Source of the DNA: a virus
IMG/VR virus record: IMGVR_UViG_3300006056_000038
Span: 1-64,000 of that record
Reading direction: 5' to 3' (one strand)
Length of the DNA stretch: 64,000 bases
Position 1 is the first letter of the stretch, and every line of letters begins with the position of its first letter. Below, in pieces: positions 1 through 7,712 of this stretch. The translations under genes and the position numbers were made by a program. A model generated the notes under the pieces. The model made no database searches and was not told the DNA's origin. It saw nothing but the letters and a program-made list of their open reading frames with translations.

Positions 1-675
1 TATTTCCCCACGCAGGATGTCATCCACCCAGAATTCGACCGAATCCTGACCTATCACGATGAGATAGTGGTTCACATCGTTCGGGTTCGGCGTATATATG
101 TTGGCCACTTGTATCTCAGTGCCATTGTTGTTCATTACACCATTTACCTGACCTCCTGAAACACGGAAGAACACTCCATCGGTAGGAGCGGTCGTAGTGG
201 TGGCGTAACCAAGACCGAACTCTATAACGCTGCTCGCTTGAAGTGTATTGGAGAACTTCAATTGCATGTCCACATAAAGCGGATACGTGTTGAATATGGA
301 AAAGGTTCTGAACGTCTGTATCCTTGACACAGCACCTGATGCGACCGATCCGCCTGCATTCATCTTCAGGAACCCGCCCGCCAATGTGACCGTCTGCGTA
401 GATGTCACGCCAACGTATTTCGATGTATTCAATACGGTGTGATTGAATGTATCCTGCCATAGGATCTTATCCATTCCGACCCTCGTACGATAGTCCTGCG
501 AAGCATCCGATTGACGCTGCAACCTGACCCCGGTAACATTACCCGCATCGACCTCAGATACGATGGATACATATCCTGCGCCCGACAGTATGGTCGGAAG
601 GTTCACCTTCAAATTACCGTCCTGATCGACATCAGCAAGCGTGTTGGACGTTGCTCCCCTGATTATTACGCTCAT
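1..675 (-). CDS. Partial ORF (at least 225 codons, continues beyond window start), probable virion structural protein (tail fibre or baseplate associated)
   Basis: Manual translation of the minus strand from the ATG at 675-673 gives an uninterrupted 225-codon frame (MSVIIRGATSNTLADVDQDGNLKVNLPTILSGAGY...) that is not in the supplied ORF track because it runs off the edge. It is preceded by a CTATTTATCC motif (688-697) and lies directly downstream of the tail-fibre-like gene. Confidence 0.5.
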   Translation of the reverse strand, partial: MSVIIRGATSNTLADVDQDGNLKVNLPTILSGAGYVSIVSEVDAGNVTGVRLQRQSDASQDYRTRVGMDKILWQDTFNHTVLNTSKYVGVTSTQTVTLAGGFLKMNAGGSVASGAVSRIQTFRTFSIFNTYPLYVDMQLKFSNTLQASSVIEFGLGYATTTTAPTDGVFFRVSGGQVNGVMNNNGTEIQVANIYTPNPNDVNHYLIVIGQDSVEFWVDDILRGEI

Positions 676-699
676 GCTGTTGTTTTGGGATAAATAGAT

Positions 700-2052
700 T
701 CAGTTGATGATTCTATAGACTATGTTGTACTGACCCCAAGTGCCTCTTTCGGCGTATCCGTTTATGGTAAAACTCGCCCCATCGACAATATCGCTATTCG
801 CGAAAGAAACCTCGTCCAAAAGCGCCTCGCCGACCTCGGGATGATCATTTGAAGCAACAATCCCGATCAATATGATCGAATTGGTCCTTACACTGGAATT
901 ACTGACGGTGGTGGATGTAAAGTCGCCCTCTCCTCCTGAAGAAAAACCAAAATCCACGATAGTTGTTCCAGTGGTCGGGTTCAACAGGAAAATTGAGGAT
1001 ATATCCGCCGAACCGGAAAATATTGTTGATGCGGAAAGGGATGAAGCCGATAGCGACGCGAACGAAGGCGAAACAACAACATCCACCGTTTGCGCCCCGA
1101 AGGTTCCGCCCGTCACAAGATTGCTCCCCGGAATTATCCTCGTTCTCGATTGCTGAATGATCGTCGATAAGTCCGTTCCGCCCGAAAGAATCAGACCTCC
1201 GTTGATCGTTTGCGATCCGAGGCTCGTTGCGTTGACGGTTCCAACGAGCAACGAAGAAGCGGTCACGTCGGTAAACGTGGGATCCGCCACTACGTCCACC
1301 GTGGGACGGGTTATCGTTCCTCCGGTCGTTGTGTTGGTTCCGTTCTGGACGTAGGTCGGGGCGATGAACTCCTCCGCCTGATCGCCCACGTAGAGGTGTT
1401 TCTTTACGGTGAGATTATCGACGGAGATTTTTGTGGCCTCGATTTCGTTGAACGCCCCAACGTTGGCCCCGATATATTCCGCTTCGATCTGCGGGGAGGA
1501 GAGCAGCGTTAAGGCCTTCAATGTGTTCACGTTCACATCAACGAACGTCGGGTTATCGACGACGTTCACCGATGGGCGTGACGGCGTTCCTCCTGTGAAC
1601 GTGTTGCTTCCGTTTTGGACGTAGGTCGGCGTTCCTCCGGTCATATATCTGGACAAATCGGTCCCCGCGCTATAGAACGTGGTGGCGGAAACAGCCACAG
1701 CGAACATCGAAGCGAAGGAAGGCGACAACACGATGTTGATCGTTGGTCGTGATGGCGTCCCACCTGTGAACGTGTTGTTTCCATCTTGTACAAACGTAGA
1801 TGTTCCGCCCATGAGCAAGCTCAAATCGGTGGACCCGCTGTAGAACGTGGTGGCAGACACCGCGCTACCTCCCGAATAGAGCGCCCGTAGGAAATCGTAC
1901 TGCAAGGGACCAACGTGGTAGTACACCTGCTCCTCGCCGCCCAATAACGATGTCAATCCACTATGTGAGGGCGATGGTCGAAGATAGATGGACATGCTTG
2001 CTTTTGGCGCAGAACGGAGAAAATCAGCGCCTCCGCAATAAATAGAATACAA
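700..2052 (-). CDS. Tail-fibre-like repeat protein; the probable true start is the ATG at 1995 (the track start at 2052 is TTG)
   Basis: Three tandem ~50-aa repeats (YVQ[ND]G[NST]NTFTGGTPSRP[TS][IV]N[IV]V ... FYS[GA][GS]TDLS). Gly/Thr/Ser-rich beta-type composition typical of fibre or receptor-binding proteins. Position is next to the tail tube gene. Confidence 0.55.
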   Translation of the reverse strand: MYSIYCGGADFLRSAPKASMSIYLRPSPSHSGLTSLLGGEEQVYYHVGPLQYDFLRALYSGGSAVSATTFYSGSTDLSLLMGGTSTFVQDGNNTFTGGTPSRPTINIVLSPSFASMFAVAVSATTFYSAGTDLSRYMTGGTPTYVQNGSNTFTGGTPSRPSVNVVDNPTFVDVNVNTLKALTLLSSPQIEAEYIGANVGAFNEIEATKISVDNLTVKKHLYVGDQAEEFIAPTYVQNGTNTTTGGTITRPTVDVVADPTFTDVTASSLLVGTVNATSLGSQTINGGLILSGGTDLSTIIQQSRTRIIPGSNLVTGGTFGAQTVDVVVSPSFASLSASSLSASTIFSGSADISSIFLLNPTTGTTIVDFGFSSGGEGDFTSTTVSNSSVRTNSIILIGIVASNDHPEVGEALLDEVSFANSDIVDGASFTINGYAERGTWGQYNIVYRIIN

Positions 2053-2087
2053 ACGGGCCCGGAAAAATATTCCACCGCTTATTTATG
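2036..2087. promoter_or_regulatory. Divergent regulatory region carrying two copies of the CTATTTATGG-family motif, one per orientation
   Basis: CAATAAATAG (2036-2045; reads CTATTTATTG on the minus strand) and CTTATTTATG (2078-2087), between the divergent genes 700-1995(-) and 2111(+). Confidence 0.5.
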
Positions 2088-2110
2088 AGAAATCTAACAA
2101 ACAGAAACAC

Positions 2111-2599
2111 ATGGCAGATATGTTCCGTCCCGTGCCGATCGATCAGGAGCCGCTCCTCCAGAACAGGTTCGCACTTGAATTCCCGACCGAACTGGGCATC
2201 GACCAGTTCATTGTTCAGACGGCCAAGAAGCCGAGCTTGAACATCAACGCCGTTGAGATCCCTTACATGAACGGGATGAACTTCGTAGCTGGCCGCGCTG
2301 TGTGGCAGCCGATGGAGATCAGCTTCATCGACGTGATCGGCCCCTCCACCACCCAGAAGGTCATGGAATGGGTGAACCTTCACTACGAAAGCTCCACGGG
2401 CCGTGCAGGCTATGCCGTTGGTTACAAGAAGAACCTTGTACTGAAGGCTCTTGACGGCCCGGGCGTAGAGGTGCAGAAATGGACTTTGATCGGTTGCCAG
2501 ATCGTCACCGCCGATTGGGGCGACTTCGATTACGGCGCGGACGAGGTGGTTCGTATCAACCTCACCATCCAGCCCGATCGTTGCATCCTGAGCAACTAA
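2111..2599 (+). CDS. gp19: Tail tube protein, T4 gp19-like
   Basis: 162 aa. The segment IPYMNGMNFVAGRAVWQP...D matches the T4 gp19 pattern IPVGFMNRKINVAGDRTFDDW...D, with a similar C-terminal D/W/Y-rich end. T4 gp19 is 163 aa. Confidence 0.6.
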   Translation: MADMFRPVPIDQEPLLQNRFALEFPTELGIDQFIVQTAKKPSLNINAVEIPYMNGMNFVAGRAVWQPMEISFIDVIGPSTTQKVMEWVNLHYESSTGRAGYAVGYKKNLVLKALDGPGVEVQKWTLIGCQIVTADWGDFDYGADEVVRINLTIQPDRCILSN

Positions 2600-2612
2600 A
2601 CGTTCTCCTTCC

Positions 2613-3035
2613 ATGGCGAACCTGTTGCGCGTCTATCGGAGGTTCTATCGCATCAGCATCGCTGACGACCTGACCTCATCGTATACGCTCATCGACCCAT
2701 ACTTCCTGACGGCCACCGTAAGGAATGTATCGCAAGGGAACGTCATCGTTGAGGCATCGGCTACCACGGTGAACACATTGGTCGGCATTTATTATGCCGA
2801 CCTTTCTGTTTCCCTCTACAACACCGATGACGAATACGAGATCGATTGGCAGGTCAGCTACTCCGCGCTCTCCCCGATAAAACATCTGCACACGCAGTTC
2901 CGCTTCCCCGACCGCGCTGTATCCACCGGTAATGTCATCCGGGAGCTCGACGTGGAACTTGTGAACCAACCGTCACTGGACGTTGCCGTCGAAAAACATA
3001 CGTTCAACTATTCCATCGAACCCAACAATCCCTGA
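2613..3035 (+). CDS. Hypothetical protein
   Basis: 140-aa ORF packed directly after the tube gene; no recognisable motif. Confidence 0.4.
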   Translation: MANLLRVYRRFYRISIADDLTSSYTLIDPYFLTATVRNVSQGNVIVEASATTVNTLVGIYYADLSVSLYNTDDEYEIDWQVSYSALSPIKHLHTQFRFPDRAVSTGNVIRELDVELVNQPSLDVAVEKHTFNYSIEPNNP

Positions 3036-3039
3036 ACCC

Positions 3040-3399
3040 ATGCCATTGACCAAACGTGATTTCGCCATGAAGAGGAACGATACGCTCCCCTCCTTGCGGT
3101 TGAACGTATTGGACCGTGGATGTTTGGGCCAGAGCGAACGCTTCGACATGACGGGCGCCACGGGCGTGACCTTCACCATGACGGACTCCTCGGGCAACTA
3201 CAAGATCGCAAAAAAGGACGGCATCATCGTTTCCTCCTCCGGGGGCACCATTCAATATGATTGGGACCAAGAGGACACCAACGAAGAAGGCATCTTCACG
3301 GCCGAGTTCCAGATCAACTACGCGGGCGGCGGGAGGCTCACTGTGCCGCAACAGGGGTTCCTGACCATTGAGATCTATCGGGACATAACGTTCGATTGA
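3040..3399 (+). CDS. Hypothetical protein (start chosen at the internal Met to avoid overlap)
   Basis: ORF 2983-3399; the second Met (MPLTKRDF...) follows the stop of the upstream gene. Confidence 0.4.
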   Translation: MPLTKRDFAMKRNDTLPSLRLNVLDRGCLGQSERFDMTGATGVTFTMTDSSGNYKIAKKDGIIVSSSGGTIQYDWDQEDTNEEGIFTAEFQINYAGGGRLTVPQQGFLTIEIYRDITFD

Positions 3400-4409
3400 T
3401 GCAACATCTGCGGCGCCTTATCCGTACAACCATCTTGGAAATGGCAATGACGGGACCCAAACGTATCGCTCTCCTGCGTCAGATGCAGGACCCTGATGTC
3501 CAGCGCTTCATCGCGATGGTGGACGCGGCGCAGAGTGAAAAGGAACTGCGCACCATCGACCAATACGCAATCATCCCGGGATTGGGACAACGACCCGAAA
3601 TGATCGGAGATGCCCAACTATATTGGGCCGTTAGCGAACTCCATCACGCAAAGGAAGCAGAGCTTCGCCGGGAGGTGAAGGCCCGCGAGCGCGCCGCCAT
3701 CGACGCCCGCAAGGCCGAACGCCAACAGAAGAAGGACACCGTGGTCGCCAAGATCCGTCACGGCCTGAGCAATCCAGTCCTGAAGGCAGCGCTCGATAAG
3801 ATCGGCGACGGATTCCATGCCCAACTCAAGGCGCGGATTGTCGAGCGGGAGACCTCCATGGTCGAACGCTACTTCACCGATGGCGTGTTCAATCTCGTTG
3901 ACCCGGATCCATACGGTATGAAGGGGAGAGACCCTGTGATCAGAGCGGAGAGGGATGAATACCGTAAGGTCCGCCAAATGCTCATGTGGTTCTTCAAAAG
4001 AGACATGAACAACACCTATAGCGAACGGGAAAACAGCAATGTCCTTGTGGACAATTGGAAAGAAGTCATCGACGCGCACGGCCAGCGTTATGCCGACGGC
4101 ATCGTGAACTCGTGGAAGGAGAAGATGTCCCTGAAGCTCGGAGAGGTCATCGACCGCAAGGGCGGAGCGGAAATTGAACTGCAAGGCCAGCTTTGGAGCG
4201 AATACATGACCTTCGCATTCGCGGACGGCTCTTCCTTCGACATGAAGACCCAACAGGTATACGCCAGAAGCAAGTTGGGAACGGACTTCGTTCGCTTCCC
4301 CACCACGTTCCACAACGTACGCTTCGTCGATGGCACCGCCATGGCAAAGCCTTCGTCGAACAAGATGCAGGACGAATTCGGGATATCCGACGCTACAGCA
4401 TCGAAATAG
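3396..4409 (+). CDS. Hypothetical protein with CTS-like N-terminus; internal/packaged protein candidate
   Basis: N-terminus MQHLRRLIRTTILE matches the M-D-I-R-R-x-I-R-x-x-I-x-E N-terminal family described in the findings. 337 aa, charged and helical. Confidence 0.5.
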   Translation: MMQHLRRLIRTTILEMAMTGPKRIALLRQMQDPDVQRFIAMVDAAQSEKELRTIDQYAIIPGLGQRPEMIGDAQLYWAVSELHHAKEAELRREVKARERAAIDARKAERQQKKDTVVAKIRHGLSNPVLKAALDKIGDGFHAQLKARIVERETSMVERYFTDGVFNLVDPDPYGMKGRDPVIRAERDEYRKVRQMLMWFFKRDMNNTYSERENSNVLVDNWKEVIDAHGQRYADGIVNSWKEKMSLKLGEVIDRKGGAEIELQGQLWSEYMTFAFADGSSFDMKTQQVYARSKLGTDFVRFPTTFHNVRFVDGTAMAKPSSNKMQDEFGISDATASK

Positions 4410-4423
4410 TGCTCTATTTATGG
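4405..4423 (+). promoter_or_regulatory. Palindromic CTATTTATGG motif (GAAATAG tg CTCTATTTATGG), 14 nt upstream of the ATG at 4438
   Basis: Inverted repeat AAATAG/CTATTT overlapping the TAG stop of the upstream gene. Confidence 0.5.
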
Positions 4424-4437
4424 GGACAATTTCTCCC

Positions 4438-5028
4438 ATGGATAACACCCTGAACGACCAGCGCCGCGAACAACTCATTGAACGCGCCCTCCAGTTGCAC
4501 GAACAACAAAAGGACCTCGAACAGGAGTTTTCCCCAGAGGAATTGCAGGAACTTTGGAGCGGCCTGAAGCACCTCGCCTCACGCGGAGCTGAAGCTTTAG
4601 GGGGAGCCATGCAAAGGGTCGGAAACAATGTGGCGAACAAGATAGATTCGGCCGCCAATGCCGTCGGGAACGCCGTATACGACAACACCATCGGGGTCGC
4701 CAAGAATGCCGCATCGGCCGTCAAAGGAGCCGTAGGAAATGCAGCAACTGCCACCAAACAAGCTGCTCAAGGGGTTCAGAACAAAGTGGTGGACACCTAC
4801 CGTCAAGGCGAGATCAATGGCATCGTACAGCGGATCCATGACCTGAACAACAAGTACAAGGAACTCACCGGGAAGAGCTTCGTACGCCAATTCAGCGCCG
4901 CCTCCGCTCCCACTCCGAACGCCCAGAAACGCGCAGCCTCGCAGTCTGCGACCCAAGCCAAGATGGCAATGGCGGAATGTCAGCGCATGCAGAAGCTCGC
5001 AGGCTTGATTACCGAGTCGGAGGATTGA
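4438..5028 (+). CDS. Hypothetical protein
   Basis: 196-aa ORF starting MDNTLNDQRREQLIE; Ala/Gly/Asn-rich middle. Track ORF 4330-5028 trimmed to the ATG after the motif. Confidence 0.45.
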   Translation: MDNTLNDQRREQLIERALQLHEQQKDLEQEFSPEELQELWSGLKHLASRGAEALGGAMQRVGNNVANKIDSAANAVGNAVYDNTIGVAKNAASAVKGAVGNAATATKQAAQGVQNKVVDTYRQGEINGIVQRIHDLNNKYKELTGKSFVRQFSAASAPTPNAQKRAASQSATQAKMAMAECQRMQKLAGLITESED

Positions 5029-5274
5029 TCACCTCGCGCTTTCGTAGAAACGGAAGATTGCTATTCCCACGAAGGCCACTCCAAAGAGCGCCAAGCAGAA
5101 CTTCTGAACGAAGGTCGCCATGGGCGCTGGGTCCCATTGCAGGATGACAGGGTCCGGGCCGATCTGAACGAATACCGACATAAGCACCAATAGGAACAAG
5201 GCGCCGAAGACGGCCCATCCGTGCTTGAAGAAGATGTATATCCAGTTCATGGTTTTTGGGTTTAGCGGTTTCAC
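5029..5274 (-). CDS. Small membrane protein (two predicted TM helices)
   Basis: 81 aa; hydrophobic stretches WAVFGALFLLVLMSVFVQI and FCLALFGVAFVGIAIF. Confidence 0.45.
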   Translation of the reverse strand: MKPLNPKTMNWIYIFFKHGWAVFGALFLLVLMSVFVQIGPDPVILQWDPAPMATFVQKFCLALFGVAFVGIAIFRFYESAR

Positions 5275-5741
5275 TTAGCGGGACCCCAACGCGGCCCATG
5301 GTAAGGACACGGATCGCAATTGCATGCGGCTCCGGCTTGCGGAACCTGCTTATTGCGTTGATGGCGGCGCGATTTCTGCACCTCACTGATGCCGATGGCC
5401 ACGGCCGTGGTGCCAACCAGCGCAGGGACCGGGGACTTGGCGGCCGCTCCCTGCACGCCACCTACCACCTCGCCGAGCACTTGAGGCTTGACGGTGGATT
5501 GATAGACGGCCTTTGAGGTGCCTACGATACCGGCGTTCCAGATGTCATCCCACACTGATGTGGACTTCTGGTAGGGACAATAGCAGCCGTGCTTTTCCTG
5601 TTGCCGACGGACCTTACGCGAGGGGCGATGGGCCTCATGGTTCTCGGCGGCGGGAGGGACCGAATCCGGGTCGTAATAGTCGGATTGGGCAAATGAGGTA
5701 ATGGATGCAAGCAACGAAAGGGCTAGAATGAGATGCTTCAT
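5271..5741 (-). CDS. Secreted Cys-rich protein with N-terminal signal peptide
   Basis: From MKHLILALSLLASITSFAQ^SDYY...: a classical signal peptide with an ...SFAQ cleavage region of the kind common in Bacteroidota. Eight Cys residues in the mature part. Confidence 0.45.
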   Translation of the reverse strand: MKHLILALSLLASITSFAQSDYYDPDSVPPAAENHEAHRPSRKVRRQQEKHGCYCPYQKSTSVWDDIWNAGIVGTSKAVYQSTVKPQVLGEVVGGVQGAAAKSPVPALVGTTAVAIGISEVQKSRRHQRNKQVPQAGAACNCDPCPYHGPRWGPAK

Positions 5742-5764
5742 GTTCCTTTTTACGAAAGGTAACG

Positions 5765-7606
5765 TCATTTTGTTGCAGGCGTCCACGAGAAGCGCATATT
5801 ACCGCAATCCCAGATGCGGTCCATGCCGAGGAGTTGGGCGAGTTCCCATTCCTTCATGGAAAGCGCGTCCTCTATACTCATCAACTGGGCTTCCGCGACT
5901 TTTTTGGCAACGACATCTTTTCGATATTGGAATCGATGATGACGATTCCAATAGTTGCCTTTTTTGAAATACCAATAGTTGGGCTTACTGAAGCCTTCGA
6001 ATTTGAACCCGTTCTTGACATATACGGTTCTATCTGGATCGTTGCCGCTCCATCCTATGTCAGCGAACGTGGCTATTTCCTTTGGATTATGTTCAGTGAT
6101 GAAATACGACAGCAATTTCGAAAAAGCTCCCACCACATTATATCCGATTAGGCTGGAAAAACGTATCAACTCAAAAACTCCCTCCTTATCCTCCTTGGTA
6201 CCCAGCGCTCTTCGCCTTCCCCCGAAAGACATTGCCGATACGATCTCATTCTCGTACATGAGACCAAATGTAATTCTTGATGGGGCATCACCTTGTATGT
6301 GGTTTTTTTCGAAGAAGTCGCGCTTATCGACGAATTCCAATGGTACCACCCTGCATTTTCTGGCGCCCAATTTGACTTCACATATACCGATGGACGACAA
6401 TATTCTTGAGATTACCACATCCGGACGGTCCACTATTTCATCTTCGAATACATGGATCAATCTTAATCCACTCTCTTGCGCCATCTTGGTCTTCATCAAG
6501 TGGTATTCCTTTGTTTTACCTCCTCCACGTTCTGCATGATAGTAATTTCCGTTGAATTCTATCGCTATCCCATGGTCTTCCAACACAAAATCCAATTCAT
6601 ATTTCTTGATGTGTCTTCTGGAATTCTCTACGAATTTTATCTCTCTCTCAATCAATGCTTTTCTCAATGCGTTATGCGTCATTGGACTTGTTGGAGAAGG
6701 GAAGCATTTTCTACATATGGGAATGGTTGGACTACAGAATTTTCTCTTGAATTCATTGCTACAGACTAAGCATCGAAATTCATACTCTTTATATCCAATG
6801 CTATCTCTGAATCCAGTGAATTCACCCATGAGCTCTATGTCGTTCGCATTCAGTTGCTGTATCAATGCATACTGCTTTGTACTTTCTATTTTTGAGAACC
6901 ATGCTTCCGTCACCTTTGCTTTATATTCAGATGTTTGAGAATAATACTCCACACCATATCTCTCCTTCGATGTTTTTTTTGCCCTATCCAATATTTCTTC
7001 GCTCTTAAGCGGAACATCAACACCATAATTATTCATCAGGGTTTCCTTGGCTTTCTCCTGAAAATCCAACCGCTTCATTGCATGCGTCTCGCCATAAAGA
7101 TCCATCATTGTCTCTGCGGCCTTCTCTCTATTATTGTAGTTCTCATCCCCATGCACCTCTGATTTTGTTTCACGATTCTGGGGCATGTTGTTGTAATTCT
7201 CGTCCCCGTACTTCTCCAATTTCGTTGCCTTGATCTTTGCTGTTCTTTCATCTCCATGTTCATTCAGCGTATTACGCATGGCTTCCGCAGCCTTCTCTTG
7301 GATCTCCTTCACCATGAACGCGCTCTCCACTCCGTACTTCTCCAAGACCGCCTCCTTGGTTCGTTCCATGCGCGCGGCGATGTTCTCCGGACGTCCCTGC
7401 CAGTCCAAGCGGCATGGTTCGGAACAGAACCTGCGCTCGCGTTTGATGCGTTCTTCGAATTGGGTCGAACACACAGGGCACGTCCGGGTCTCGTAGGTCT
7501 TCCCTCGTTTTATTACGTTCGAGCATTCGCGTGAGCAGGTCTCGCTCTTCGGGAATTTCTTCGTTCCGCCGCATACGGCGCATCCATTTGTTATTTCATT
7601 TGACAT
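5765..7606 (-). CDS. Multidomain protein: N-terminal zinc ribbons, six tandem ~24-aa YG[VD]E..EK.KET repeats, and a Vsr/DUF559-like (PD-(D/E)xK) endonuclease-type domain; homing-endonuclease-like
   Basis: CAVCGG...CSRECSN and CPVCST...CSEPC zinc ribbons. Repeats KYGVESAFMVKEIQEKAAE / KYGDENYNNMPQNRETKSE / VHGDENYNNREKAAET / LYGETHAMKRLDFQEKAKET / NYGVDVPLKSEEILDRAKKT / RYGVEYYSQTSEYKAKVTE. YELDFVLEDHGIAIEFNGNYYH resembles the Vsr-like endonuclease core. Confidence 0.5.
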   Translation of the reverse strand: MSNEITNGCAVCGGTKKFPKSETCSRECSNVIKRGKTYETRTCPVCSTQFEERIKRERRFCSEPCRLDWQGRPENIAARMERTKEAVLEKYGVESAFMVKEIQEKAAEAMRNTLNEHGDERTAKIKATKLEKYGDENYNNMPQNRETKSEVHGDENYNNREKAAETMMDLYGETHAMKRLDFQEKAKETLMNNYGVDVPLKSEEILDRAKKTSKERYGVEYYSQTSEYKAKVTEAWFSKIESTKQYALIQQLNANDIELMGEFTGFRDSIGYKEYEFRCLVCSNEFKRKFCSPTIPICRKCFPSPTSPMTHNALRKALIEREIKFVENSRRHIKKYELDFVLEDHGIAIEFNGNYYHAERGGGKTKEYHLMKTKMAQESGLRLIHVFEDEIVDRPDVVISRILSSIGICEVKLGARKCRVVPLEFVDKRDFFEKNHIQGDAPSRITFGLMYENEIVSAMSFGGRRRALGTKEDKEGVFELIRFSSLIGYNVVGAFSKLLSYFITEHNPKEIATFADIGWSGNDPDRTVYVKNGFKFEGFSKPNYWYFKKGNYWNRHHRFQYRKDVVAKKVAEAQLMSIEDALSMKEWELAQLLGMDRIWDCGNMRFSWTPATK

Positions 7607-7665
7607 TGTACCTACAAGTATTGCTGTTTATAAGTACAAATATATGAAATATTACTTAATAATAG

Positions 7666-7700
7666 AAAAGGCGTCTGACATCAGACGCCTTTTCTATTTA
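7666..7700. terminator. Bidirectional intrinsic terminator downstream of the sheath gene
   Basis: Perfect 13-bp stem AAAAGGCGTCTGA/TCAGACGCCTTTT with a 2-nt loop, flanked by a T-run on both strands (TTTTCTATTT on plus; TTTTCTATTATT on minus). Confidence 0.7.
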
Positions 7701-7712
7701 ATTGACTGGTTA

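Noticed and set aside
116-460. Track ORF 116-460 (-), 114 aa, rich in W/C/R
   Set aside because: It lies out of frame inside the much longer uninterrupted minus-strand frame that starts at 675 and runs off the window. Its composition is not protein-like.
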